Below are positions 1 to 9,615 of a stretch of 64,000 nt of DNA, piece by piece. The notes beneath the pieces were generated by a model. It was not told where the DNA came from and did not search any database. It saw only the letters and a program-made list of their open reading frames with translations. The DNA is from Candidatus Marinacidobacterales bacterium (lineage in GTDB: Bacteria; Acidobacteriota; Vicinamibacteria; Marinacidobacterales; DATDRI01): contig OZ245365.1 of the NCBI GenBank assembly GCA_965226495.1, positions 4,704,001 through 4,768,000 of the forward strand, written 5' to 3'. Numbering within the stretch: position 1 is the first letter of the stretch; every line of letters begins with the position of its first letter. A program made the translations under genes and the position numbers.

Positions 1-317
1 AGGAAGTGCTCGAAGGCTCGGCGTCGATGAAGCACGTCTTGCTCGACAAGATGAGCATTGCGCTCTTCAAGGTCCCCAAAGGCAAAGGCAGCCAGATTCC
101 CGAACATTTCCACCGACACGCGGAAGAGATTGGGATCCAGTTGAAAGGAACGGCGAAGGTCTTCGCAGGCGGCGAGGAGTACGTGGTCAAGGAGGGAGAG
201 GCCATCATTATTCCGGCGGGTGTCGAGCATACGGGGGTTTTCAGTGATGATGAGGAGTGCTGGCTCCTCGCGATCGCAAGCCCGCCGCGCACCGACTACG
301 GCCCGCCCAACTGGTAA
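1..317 (+). CDS. Cupin-domain protein (probably 5'-partial)
   Basis: Cupin motifs HFHRHAEEI and GEAIIIPAGVEH; frame open to the window edge. Confidence 0.8.
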   Translation, partial: EVLEGSASMKHVLLDKMSIALFKVPKGKGSQIPEHFHRHAEEIGIQLKGTAKVFAGGEEYVVKEGEAIIIPAGVEHTGVFSDDEECWLLAIASPPRTDYGPPNW

Positions 318-324
318 GTCGGAC

Positions 325-1773
325 TCAGTTCAGCAAGGATCGATACTCTTCTCGCTTGGAATCGAGTCCCTTAGCGTTAGTCGAGAGTGAGACGACAACG
401 AAGACGGCCAACGAGACCAGGAACGCCCATGACGCCGCGCCGAGTGGCGTCGGAAAGAGCCTGCCCCAAGGAGAGAACTCCTTGACCAGCAGAACGAAAA
501 GTCCGAGGAATAGCGACCAAAAGGCCGCCACCGCGCTCGACCTCTTCCAGTAAAACATCCCCAAAACGCTGGGGACGAAGATTACGTTGACACCGATACC
601 CAACATTATTAATGACAGGACCGACCGCCACTCGAGCAAGAGGCTCCAGGAGTAGATGCCTAGAAGGAGCGCCACCGTTGCCAGCCGTGCGAACCGGAGA
701 TCCGAGCCCGCTTCTGTTTTTCGGGGAAAGAGCGGCCTCAGGTCCACGGAAATGATCGAGCCGGCGGTCAACATCTGGCTGTCCACGGTCGACATACCGC
801 CTGCAAAGGCAGCCACCAATACGAACGCGCCAAAGACCGGCGCGTGTCGATTGAAAATGGCGCCGAGCACGCTATCTCCATCGGCTAATCCATCGGGGAA
901 GATCGTAATGCCCGCCGTGCCAATGACCCAGGCCACGAAGAAAAGAACGAGGTAGATGACAGGAAGCACCACGACGATTCTCGCTACCGACAGCGCCGAC
1001 CTGGCCATGTACATACGCTGCCAGACGTAGGGGAGAAACGGAAGGCCGAGGGCGATGATTAGGTACTCGTAGTAACCGATCCCGACGCTTACGAACCCCG
1101 CCTTCTCCGGAGCGCGCGCCACGAGATTCTCCATGAGCACATCCCAACCCCCCGCCCAGTGAACTACGAGGAACCCGGATACCAAGAGGAACGTCCCGAG
1201 AATCGTGCCCTGCACCACGTCGGTCCAAATGACGGCACGGGCACCACCGAAGTAGACGTAGAGTCCGATCGCCAAACAGGCCAAGGACACGCCGACGGAA
1301 TACGGTATGGCTCCACCGGTCAGAGCTTCGAACGTTTTGCCCACCGCCACCATCTGAGCAGCGGCGTGGGGGATCATGCTGAGCAAGCCGGCGACGGCGG
1401 TGACGATCAACACCCTCTTGCTCCCGTAGAAATCTTCGAGCAGTTGTGCGGGCGTTACGAACCGCTTAACCTTTCCGAGCTTCCAGAATTTGTCGACGAC
1501 GAGCATCATTATTACTGGAACCAAAATGAAGAAAAATACCCAGAAATAACCGCTTCCCATGGTGAAGAACGCAGACGGCGAGGAAACGATCGTGCCCGTC
1601 GAGAACAAGCTCGCCATCGTGGTGAACACGAGCGCCAGCATCGGCACCTCGCGCTTCGATAGGAAGTAGTCCTCGGTATCGGTCCCCGAGCGTCGGTAGG
1701 CGAAGAGCCCTATGAGCCTCAAGAACGCCAGATAAACGACGAGAATGAGGATGGTGAAAGACGTGATGCTCAT
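325..1773 (-). CDS. Sodium:solute symporter (SSS) family permease
   Basis: About 13 hydrophobic segments; EDYFL, GGARAVIWTDVVQG and AGGMSTVDSQ motifs. Confidence 0.9.
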   Translation of the reverse strand: MSITSFTILILVVYLAFLRLIGLFAYRRSGTDTEDYFLSKREVPMLALVFTTMASLFSTGTIVSSPSAFFTMGSGYFWVFFFILVPVIMMLVVDKFWKLGKVKRFVTPAQLLEDFYGSKRVLIVTAVAGLLSMIPHAAAQMVAVGKTFEALTGGAIPYSVGVSLACLAIGLYVYFGGARAVIWTDVVQGTILGTFLLVSGFLVVHWAGGWDVLMENLVARAPEKAGFVSVGIGYYEYLIIALGLPFLPYVWQRMYMARSALSVARIVVVLPVIYLVLFFVAWVIGTAGITIFPDGLADGDSVLGAIFNRHAPVFGAFVLVAAFAGGMSTVDSQMLTAGSIISVDLRPLFPRKTEAGSDLRFARLATVALLLGIYSWSLLLEWRSVLSLIMLGIGVNVIFVPSVLGMFYWKRSSAVAAFWSLFLGLFVLLVKEFSPWGRLFPTPLGAASWAFLVSLAVFVVVSLSTNAKGLDSKREEYRSLLN

Positions 1774-2021
1774 CGAGGCCCCTCGGGCCTATCGAGACTG
1801 TCGAGCCTGTCGAGATTGACAGCGCGATTCTTGTACCAGAAAAGGTAGATGAAGAGGATTCCGGCGACCATCGCAACCGAAGCGAACAGAATCCCCAGCA
1901 GGGGGGCCGGGATCCCCCAGAGCGCCCACCCGTTGAGCCCGCTTAGATCGACGACGTTGAGGGGTATCAGGAGCTGGAGCAGAAAGCCGACCCCAACGAG
2001 AGTCCATCCCAGTCTCGTCAT
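1770..2021 (-). CDS. Small two-TM membrane protein, probable SSS partner subunit
   Basis: 83 aa, two hydrophobic helices, ATGA overlap with the SSS gene. Confidence 0.7.
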   Translation of the reverse strand: MTRLGWTLVGVGFLLQLLIPLNVVDLSGLNGWALWGIPAPLLGILFASVAMVAGILFIYLFWYKNRAVNLDRLDSLDRPEGPR

Positions 2022-2056
2022 ACCGGAAGTCTAATAGCGGGGGGTGGTCGCCGGCG

Positions 2057-3964
2057 TCAAAGAATCACTCGCTCGCTTCCCACTCTCCGCGTCACGTGCT
2101 CTCGATCCAGCCACTCCAAGAGTGGAATGGCGTGCTTTCGAGTGACGCCGGCCAGATCCTTGAAGAAGGCGACGTCGATCTTGGGTCTCTTTTCTTTCTG
2201 CTGCCGCACAGATTGCTTCAACTCGTCGAGGGCATCGCGATGAAACACCATGCCTTCGGTCAACTTGACCAGAGTTCCCTCCTGGATGAGCAGGCGCTCG
2301 ATACGCTGCAGAAGTTTCAGATCGCGGCGGTTCTTGGTGGCGATCTCGGCCAGCGCGGCCGGTTGATAGCGGGCCTTCAGAAACGTCTCGCCGAGAAACG
2401 AGCGGGCGTCCGCTTCCTCCGATGACAGCTCGATACGGTGGTCGCTCGTTGCCACCCAATCCTTGACGGTCCGGAGCCTTCCGTCTTGGACCAGACGACC
2501 GAGCGACCATTCGAATATCTCCAATGGTGCGCGGGCGGTCGCCTTTTCTCGGAGCTCGCCGCGAGGCATGCCCTCGCGCAGTGGGTTCGCCGTTTGAAAC
2601 GACTTCAGCTCCAGCAGTATTTGCTCCGAGACTTGCTCAGCCGTCTCCGGTGCTAGGAGCAACAGCGGTTTCTCCGAGATCCGAAAGACACGTTCGTTCG
2701 AAAGCAGAACCTCGACGAGCTTCGCGAGGGTGGCGCCGTCGATACCGAGCCGTCGCGCCAACTCGGAACCCTCGAGACCGCCGAGACCCGCCTCGGCTAC
2801 AAACGATGCGGCGGTTTCGACTCGATCGCCCGACCGCAGCGCGGCGAGTCGTTCTACCACTTCGCGGCTGGTCACAGAGTGCTTCGGAGGAGACGGGTCG
2901 AGAACTCTACCTCCCCCCAACGTCTCGAGGGGTGAGTAGCGTCGAATGATGAATCGATCCGAAGCGGTGGCGACCACTGGCGTCTCGAGACGGAATTGAA
3001 CGAGTCCGCGCATCCCTGGAGCGACGGCACCTTGGTTCCCCAAGACCCTGACCCGGGCGACGGCGACGGCGGTCCCGATGTGGAGATGTACCCGCGCTAG
3101 ATCTTTGATGGGGGTCGGAGACGATACCAAGACCTCGAGCTCCGCATCCAGCATCATGCTGGGGAGCAGGGTGCTCGAACGCGCTAAGGTGTCCCCTCGA
3201 ACAACCTCACTCATCTCGATGCCCTGTAGATTGACGGCGGTTCGTTGACCGGCGAGCGCGCGTTCTACGGCTTCACCGTGAACCTGCAACCCGCGCACGC
3301 GAGCCTTGGCACCACGGGGCAAAACTTCCACTTCCTCATCCACCGCGATGGTGCCCGACGTCAACGTCCCGGTAACGACCGCCCCGAATCCCTTCATCGT
3401 GAAGACCCTATCCACCGGTAGACGGAAGAGACCGTCGCTGGGTCGGGCGTCGACTCCGGCGGCGATGTCCAACAAGATCCGTTTCAGCTCGTCGACGCCC
3501 TCACCGGTTTTCGAAGAGACGTAAACCGTCTGGGCTCCCTCGAGGAAGCTACCCTTGGTCAGCTCACTCACCTCCATCGCCGCAATCTCCCGAAGCTCCG
3601 GTTCAACCAAGTCCGCCTTGGTAATCACCACCACGCCCTGTTTCACACGTAGGAGACGGCAAATCTCGAAGTGCTCGCGAGTCTGAGGCATTACCGACTC
3701 GTCGGCCGCCACGATGAGCATCACCATGTCGATGCCCCCGGCGCCCGCCAACATGTTTTTCACGAATCGCTCATGCCCCGGAACATCGACGAACCCCAGG
3801 GTAAGCCGCTCGGGGTAGGTCAAGAACGCGAACCCCAAGTCGATAGTGATTCCCCTTTCCTTTTCCTCCTTCAGCCGATCGGGATCGGTGCCGGTGAGAG
3901 CGCGTACCAAGGCGCTCTTCCCGTGATCGATGTGTCCGGCTGTACCGACGATGACATGCTTCAT
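2057..3964 (-). CDS. selB: Selenocysteine-specific elongation factor SelB
   Basis: [28 protein letters not shown]; C-terminal winged helix [13 protein letters not shown]; start taken at MKHVIV. Confidence 0.95.
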   Translation of the reverse strand: MKHVIVGTAGHIDHGKSALVRALTGTDPDRLKEEKERGITIDLGFAFLTYPERLTLGFVDVPGHERFVKNMLAGAGGIDMVMLIVAADESVMPQTREHFEICRLLRVKQGVVVITKADLVEPELREIAAMEVSELTKGSFLEGAQTVYVSSKTGEGVDELKRILLDIAAGVDARPSDGLFRLPVDRVFTMKGFGAVVTGTLTSGTIAVDEEVEVLPRGAKARVRGLQVHGEAVERALAGQRTAVNLQGIEMSEVVRGDTLARSSTLLPSMMLDAELEVLVSSPTPIKDLARVHLHIGTAVAVARVRVLGNQGAVAPGMRGLVQFRLETPVVATASDRFIIRRYSPLETLGGGRVLDPSPPKHSVTSREVVERLAALRSGDRVETAASFVAEAGLGGLEGSELARRLGIDGATLAKLVEVLLSNERVFRISEKPLLLLAPETAEQVSEQILLELKSFQTANPLREGMPRGELREKATARAPLEIFEWSLGRLVQDGRLRTVKDWVATSDHRIELSSEEADARSFLGETFLKARYQPAALAEIATKNRRDLKLLQRIERLLIQEGTLVKLTEGMVFHRDALDELKQSVRQQKEKRPKIDVAFFKDLAGVTRKHAIPLLEWLDREHVTRRVGSERVIL

Positions 3965-4041
3965 GGCGAGTCCCCGATATGATAGCCGACCGGAAGAAGC
4001 GGTAAAACCGTGTGCTATCATGGAATCACAAAGAGGTGTTC

Positions 4042-4845
4042 ATGACCCGATCCAATCTCCTGTTCGTGCTTCTGTTCGCTTTCTCCACTTCCGCGGCTGC
4101 GACAACCGGCGCGGGAACCGTTCAAAACACCAGCAGCGAAAAAGAAGAATCGGAAGAGAGCACGATCCTTAGAGAGCTCCTCGAGATTCGCAAGGAGATC
4201 GAAACCTTGCGGAGAGAAATAGGAGATTTGCGGAGCAAGGTAGGCGATATCCACCGGGTTGCGGTGCGCCCGGCCCCGACCGCCCCACCGCCGCCGGAAA
4301 AGGTTAGCCTGGACGAGAGCCGCGCCCTCGGGAGTGCGGACGCGCAGATCGCGATCGTGGAGTTCTCCGATTACCAGTGTCCCTATTGCGCGCGTTTCTT
4401 CCAGCAAACGTTCCCCGCACTCAAGAAAAACTATATCGAGACGGGTAAGGTGCGCTTTTACTTTCGAGACTTCCCTCTCGAAAAGATCCACCCTCAGGCA
4501 AAGCCGTCGGCCATCGCCGCCAATTGCGCGGCGCGGCAAGGCGCCTACTGGGACATGCACCATGGATTGTTCGAGAATCAAAAGAGACTGGGCCCTGAGC
4601 TCTACCAGGAGTTAGCGAAGGAAATGGGGCTGGACGTCGCCGCCTTCGAAGCTTGTCTCGAAGAGCCGGCCGAGGACAAGCGAGTCGATCAGGAGCTCGC
4701 CTACGGCCAAAGCCTTACTGTTCAGGGAACGCCACATTATTTCGTGGGCCGTATCGAGGACGGTCAATTGATCGACGTGAAGCGCTTGAACGGCGCACAA
4801 CCGTTCGAGGCTTTTTCGCAAATCATCGAGCCGTATCTCAAGTAA
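4042..4845 (+). CDS. DsbA-family thiol-disulfide oxidoreductase with N-terminal coiled coil
   Basis: Signal peptide, EFSDYQCPYC active site, GTP cis-Pro motif, GAGG SD. Confidence 0.88.
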   Translation: MTRSNLLFVLLFAFSTSAAATTGAGTVQNTSSEKEESEESTILRELLEIRKEIETLRREIGDLRSKVGDIHRVAVRPAPTAPPPPEKVSLDESRALGSADAQIAIVEFSDYQCPYCARFFQQTFPALKKNYIETGKVRFYFRDFPLEKIHPQAKPSAIAANCAARQGAYWDMHHGLFENQKRLGPELYQELAKEMGLDVAAFEACLEEPAEDKRVDQELAYGQSLTVQGTPHYFVGRIEDGQLIDVKRLNGAQPFEAFSQIIEPYLK

Positions 4846-4850
4846 ACCGA

Positions 4851-5807
4851 GTGCACCACCGCACGAAATCCTCCACCATCGACCGCAGAACGTTTCTAAC
4901 CGTTACCGCTGGCGTCGCCCTTACCGGTGCCACGAAGCGAGAGGTCGGCGTCGAAGTAGAAGTTCTGGGTACGGCGCAGGACGCGGGACTCCCCCATCTT
5001 GGCTGTCAAGAGGATCGCTGCCGGCGCGCTTTTGCCGATCCTTCTTTGCGCAAGCGCGTCGCGTCGATCGGGATCCGGGCTGGCGGAATCCCAGGCGATT
5101 CCTTGTTCTTGGTAGACGCCACCCCCGACATCGTCTCGCAGATAACGGATTTGCAAAGAGGCGTGGACCGTGGACGGAGACCGGTGGATGGGATTCTGCT
5201 CACCCACGCCCACATCGGGCATTACTTGGGTCTGGCCTTACTCGGCAAAGAGTCGATCGCCGCCGATCGGGTCCCTGTTTATTGCACGCAGTCCATGGCC
5301 GACTATTTGTCGAAGAATGGCCCATGGAGTCTTTTGGTGCCCTCGGAGCAGATCGTGCTCCGACCGATTGGCGAACGTAAGCTGCAGCTCACGGACCACC
5401 TCGAGGTCGAGGCCCTGGAGGTTCCTCACCGAGAAGAATTCACCGACACCATCGGTTTCATCTTCACTGGCCCCAAGGAGAGTCTTCTCTACATTCCAGA
5501 CATCGATCGGTGGGAAGAGCTCGAGCCGTCGATCGAGGAGCTGGCCGAGCGAGTGGATATTCTGCTCTTGGATGGTTCTTTTTGGGATCCGGGTCGGGAA
5601 TTATCGGCCCGAGATCCTTCCAAGATCCCGCACCCGCCCATGCCGGAGACGATGCGACGCTTGGGTTCCTACTCCAATACGCGAAAGATCTTCTTCACCC
5701 ACCTCAACCACACCAACCCGGCCTGGGATAAAGACTCTCCGGAACGCGCAAAGATCGAAGCATCGGGATTCGGAATCGCTGAGGAGGGCGACCGATTCGA
5801 GCTCTAG
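4851..5807 (+). CDS. PqqB-like MBL-fold metallo-hydrolase with Tat-like leader
   Basis: DRRTFL; GTAQDAGLPHLGC; THAHIGH; HLNHTNP; GTG start inferred. Confidence 0.8.
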   Translation: MHHRTKSSTIDRRTFLTVTAGVALTGATKREVGVEVEVLGTAQDAGLPHLGCQEDRCRRAFADPSLRKRVASIGIRAGGIPGDSLFLVDATPDIVSQITDLQRGVDRGRRPVDGILLTHAHIGHYLGLALLGKESIAADRVPVYCTQSMADYLSKNGPWSLLVPSEQIVLRPIGERKLQLTDHLEVEALEVPHREEFTDTIGFIFTGPKESLLYIPDIDRWEELEPSIEELAERVDILLLDGSFWDPGRELSARDPSKIPHPPMPETMRRLGSYSNTRKIFFTHLNHTNPAWDKDSPERAKIEASGFGIAEEGDRFEL

Positions 5808-5837
5808 CCCCGATCCGATAACGATCGTGCGCTGCCG

Positions 5838-8135
5838 CTAGCGACGCCTTCTCTTCTTTCCCCGCGGGCCGCGCGGAGGTCTCGAGCTCGGCGCCTTCAC
5901 GTGGCTAGATCGAGAACTGCCGCGCACAGGTTTCGGCCTCAATCCTTCAATGGCTAGATCGATCTTTCGCTTCTCCTGATCGACCCGCACGACTTGCACC
6001 TCTAATTGATCACCAAGGCGGTACATTTTGCCCGTGGACTCGCCTCGCAGCGTATGGGTTTTTTCGTTGAATCGGTAATAGTCATCGGCCAGCGTGCTGA
6101 TATGAACCAACCCTTCGACGAAAAACTCTTCCAGCTCGACGAAGAGACCGAAGTTCAACACCCCGGTGACATAACCGACGAAAACATCCCCCAACTTGTC
6201 GGCCATGAAGCGTACCTTTTTCCATTCCACGAGCTCGCGCCCGGCATTCTCCGCCCTCCGCTCGGTACGCGAGGAGTGCTCGGCGATCTCGGGAAGACTC
6301 CCCTCTCTCTTCGCTTGCGTGGCGGCAGAGGGTACGCCCTTGGTTCGCACCTCGCGAAGCAGACGATGGATCACCAGGTCGGGATAACGTCGAATGGGCG
6401 ACGTGAAGTGCGTGTAGATGGGGGCCGCCAAGGCGTAGTGGCCCGTGTTCTCCATGGCATAGCGAGCTTTCTTCATCGTTCTCAGCATCAAGAAAGAAAT
6501 GAGACGCTCCTCCGGCTTTCCATCGATTCTCTTGAGCAGCGCCTGAAAACTCTTGGGCTTCAATGCCTCGGAGCTCGCCCGCAACCGATAGCCCAATCCG
6601 GAGATGAAATTCTCGAAATCCTCAACTCTATCTTCCTCGGGTTTGTCGTGGACCCGGTACAAGCTCGGCACATCGAGTCCCGACAGGTGCCCCGCCACAA
6701 CATCGTTCGCCAGCAACATGAACTCTTCAATGATGTGGTGGGCGACGTTTCGCTCCGCGGCCACGATCCCGGTGACCAACCCCTCTACGTCGAGGAGGAC
6801 CAACGGCTCCGGGAGATCGAAATCGATGGAGCCTCGCTTCTCGCGACGAGCACGAAGGACCTGATAGAGGCCAAGCATCCGTTCGATGAGAGGAACGAGC
6901 TTGTTGTAGCGCCGTGTGACCTCGGGATCTCGGTCGACCAAGATCTGCCGTACCTCGGTGTATGTCATACGGGCGGCGCTCCGAATCACACCGTCATAGA
7001 GCTCGTAATTCTCGACGCGGCCCTTGGGACTCACCTCGATACGCACCGACTGCACCAGACGGTCCACGCCGGGATTGAGACTGCAGATCCCGTTCGAGAG
7101 CCGCTCCGGGAGCATGGGCACGGCGCGCTCGGGGAAGTAAACGGAGGTGCCGCGCTCGAAGGCTTCTCGGTCGAGGGGGCTCTTCTCGACAACGTAGTGA
7201 GCCACGTCGGCGATATGGACTCCCAAGAGAAAATTCCCGTTGTCGAGAATCTCAACTTGCACCGCATCGTCGAAGTCACGGGCCGTCTCGCCGTCGATGG
7301 TGACGATGTCTTCGTTTCGGAAATCGGTACGGCCCACGATCGCTTGCTCGGGCACCTCGGTTGGAGTGTTCTTTGCTTCTCGCAGAACGTCTTCGGGAAA
7401 AGAATCAGGGATTTGGTACTTGGCGATAATGACCTGCACGTCGACACCGGGAGCATTCGCGGGCCCCAGAACCTCGGTCACTTTTCCCAAAGGCGCACGA
7501 AAGGGACTCGGATAACGAACGATCTCGACGACCACCATTTCCCCTGGTTGAGCTCCCGCCTCGTCTCCGTGGGTCACGAACACTTCGTAATGAAAGTTCG
7601 GGTCGAACGGAACGACGCGGGCCCCCTCGTGGTCTTTTTCGAAGCGGCCCACGACACGCGTCGACGCCCGTTCGAGCACCTCGACGATGCGACCCTCCGG
7701 CTTCCCGAAACGCCCCTGTCGCTCGATATGGACCAACACACGATCGCCGTGCAACGCATCAGCAAGCGCGGCGCCGGCGACATAAATGTCCGGCTCCGGC
7801 TTTTTACTCTTGGTCTTTGCAGTCTTTTCGGACGGATCGGGCGGGCGGTCCGGGCGCACGAAACCGAAGCCGCCCGGCTTGCACTCAAGCCGTCCCGCCA
7901 CCAAATCCATTTTCTCGGGCAGTCCAAGACGATCGGCGCGCGTTCGCGCCAACTTTCCGTCGGCCAGCATTTGACCAAGAACGCGTTTGGCGGCGAGGCG
8001 AGCGTCTCCCTTGACCCGGAGCATCTTGAGAATGTCTTTTTCGGTGGTGGGACGGCCGAGCCGGGTCAGAACCTCCAGGACCCGGGTTCGAATACCGTGA
8101 TCGGTCTTTTCTGTAGAGGGGGGCACCGGCGGCAT
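5838..8135 (-). CDS. rnr: Ribonuclease R
   Basis: TIDGETARDFDDA, HFTSPIRRYPD, S1 domain, basic tail. Confidence 0.95.
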   Translation of the reverse strand: MPPVPPSTEKTDHGIRTRVLEVLTRLGRPTTEKDILKMLRVKGDARLAAKRVLGQMLADGKLARTRADRLGLPEKMDLVAGRLECKPGGFGFVRPDRPPDPSEKTAKTKSKKPEPDIYVAGAALADALHGDRVLVHIERQGRFGKPEGRIVEVLERASTRVVGRFEKDHEGARVVPFDPNFHYEVFVTHGDEAGAQPGEMVVVEIVRYPSPFRAPLGKVTEVLGPANAPGVDVQVIIAKYQIPDSFPEDVLREAKNTPTEVPEQAIVGRTDFRNEDIVTIDGETARDFDDAVQVEILDNGNFLLGVHIADVAHYVVEKSPLDREAFERGTSVYFPERAVPMLPERLSNGICSLNPGVDRLVQSVRIEVSPKGRVENYELYDGVIRSAARMTYTEVRQILVDRDPEVTRRYNKLVPLIERMLGLYQVLRARREKRGSIDFDLPEPLVLLDVEGLVTGIVAAERNVAHHIIEEFMLLANDVVAGHLSGLDVPSLYRVHDKPEEDRVEDFENFISGLGYRLRASSEALKPKSFQALLKRIDGKPEERLISFLMLRTMKKARYAMENTGHYALAAPIYTHFTSPIRRYPDLVIHRLLREVRTKGVPSAATQAKREGSLPEIAEHSSRTERRAENAGRELVEWKKVRFMADKLGDVFVGYVTGVLNFGLFVELEEFFVEGLVHISTLADDYYRFNEKTHTLRGESTGKMYRLGDQLEVQVVRVDQEKRKIDLAIEGLRPKPVRGSSRSSHVKAPSSRPPRGPRGKKRRRR

Positions 8136-8180
8136 CTTAGCCCTGTTCTAATTCGAAATCGACTCGTATTTACGATCACA

Positions 8181-8209
8181 TTGACAGGGCCAGACCGCCC
8201 TCCTATCAT
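8181..8209 (+). promoter_or_regulatory. Sigma70 promoter of tRNA-Leu(CAG)
   Basis: TTGACA-17 nt-TATCAT. Confidence 0.7.
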
Positions 8210-8236
8210 GGGCCTTCAAATATTGCCTTCCCATGT

Positions 8237-8322
8237 GCCGAAGTGGCGGAACGGCAGACGCGCTGCGTTCAGGGCGCAGTTCTCTTCGGGGAGTGGGGGT
8301 TCGAATCCCCCCTTCGGCACCA
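8237..8322 (+). tRNA. tRNA-Leu(CAG)
   Basis: GCCGAAG/CTTCGGC acceptor stem, CTGCG-TTCAGGG-CGCAG anticodon arm, long variable arm, GTTCGAATC, encoded CCA. Confidence 0.95.
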
Positions 8323-8361
8323 AAGGATTCTATATGTAACCGAGTCAGTTATTTACGACGA

Positions 8362-9615
8362 ATGGGGACACCCATGACCAACGGACAGCCAACTGGAGTG
8401 CGACCTTTGCCAGATCTGGCGGGCCGGATCGCTTTCCTCGGAACTTGCGACAATGCTGCTCACGTCCTCGATCGGGCGGGCGTCCCGGTCGTTAACATCC
8501 TCGGCCTGAAGTTAGAAGTGGTGTCGTGTGTTTATCCTCTCCCTCTCAACAAATTCTCGTTCTGCGTCGCGTTTCGCGACGCTGCTTCGCTTCCCAAACT
8601 GCGTATCGCGCTCAAAGACAGGAACGACGTGCAGCTCCTAGGCTTCGATGTCAGCTTTGAATCGAAGGACAGGGCGACAGTCACACCAGGAGACGTGCAC
8701 CTCCGCGGCTACCTACCAGTCAGTTCGTCCTGGATGGTCGCGATCTTGCGCCCGGAGGAACTCAAGAAGAACGTACTGTCATTGATGTCGGAACCGGGCG
8801 TTTTGCGAGTGACTGCGATTTCGGAAGGTTTCAGTGAAGAAATTGGATCGCTGAACTTCTCTTACGAGAAGGCCCTACCCTTAACGCAAGAGCGCATTGC
8901 TGCAATAAGGAGTCAGCCTCAAGCGAGCCGTTTCATTCGGTTCGTAATGAAGTGCCAAACTTGCGGAGATGGCATCACGCCTTACGCAGCTCTTGAGAGA
9001 AACTCTAAGATGGAGAGCGAAGGGCACCATTGGTACAGCGACGTGCCGGACTTCTTCACGTGTAAGTGCGGAAAGAAAATCGACTTGAAATACGTAAGGG
9101 AGAGCCTTCATGGGCTGCTGGGCCAGCCGACGGGTATCTTCGAGGAAGAAGCCTCCTTTGGGCAGCTATACACTGTTGAATCGCTGGCCGCTACGGTTCA
9201 GCGGTTTCAGGTCTTCTTGGACGAATCACCAGAGGAACCGGAGGTTCAACAGTTCTTGGGAGCGAATCCAATCTTCTGGACTGTTCTCGCCCCCGAGCTC
9301 ATTCTTGAGAAAGCGCCAGTTCTTCACAAATACCAGACGGATTTCGCGATCCTGAGCAAGACGGGCACGCTTTACCTTGTTGAGATCGAAAAGCCAGAAA
9401 AGAAACTGCTAAAGAAAGACGGCGCGCCCACACAGCTCTTTCACCATCCTTTCCATCAGGTCACTGACTGGCTACGTGAGTTCGACAAGAACAGGCCCGC
9501 GTGCATCGATGGAATGAAACTGAAGCCCGAAAGCGTCAGCGCAGTCAAGGGCGTCGTCATCATCGGCAGAGATAAGGGTTACGACCCGGATGCCCTTGTC
9601 ATTCATCATTATTGA
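8362..9615 (+). pseudogene. Shedu (SduA/DUF4263)-domain anti-phage nuclease, C-terminus cut by IS
   Basis: EPEVQQFLGANP, TDFAIL, VEIEKP, FHQVTDW, GVVIIGR; the last codons and the stop come from the IS end at 9597. Confidence 0.75.

Noticed and set aside
6006-8339. 777-aa plus-strand ORF
   Set aside because: Antisense shadow of rnr in GC-rich DNA; runs through the tRNA; no motifs.
8233-8361. N-terminal extension of the Shedu ORF
   Set aside because: Overlaps tRNA-Leu; the real start is more likely 8362 or 8374.
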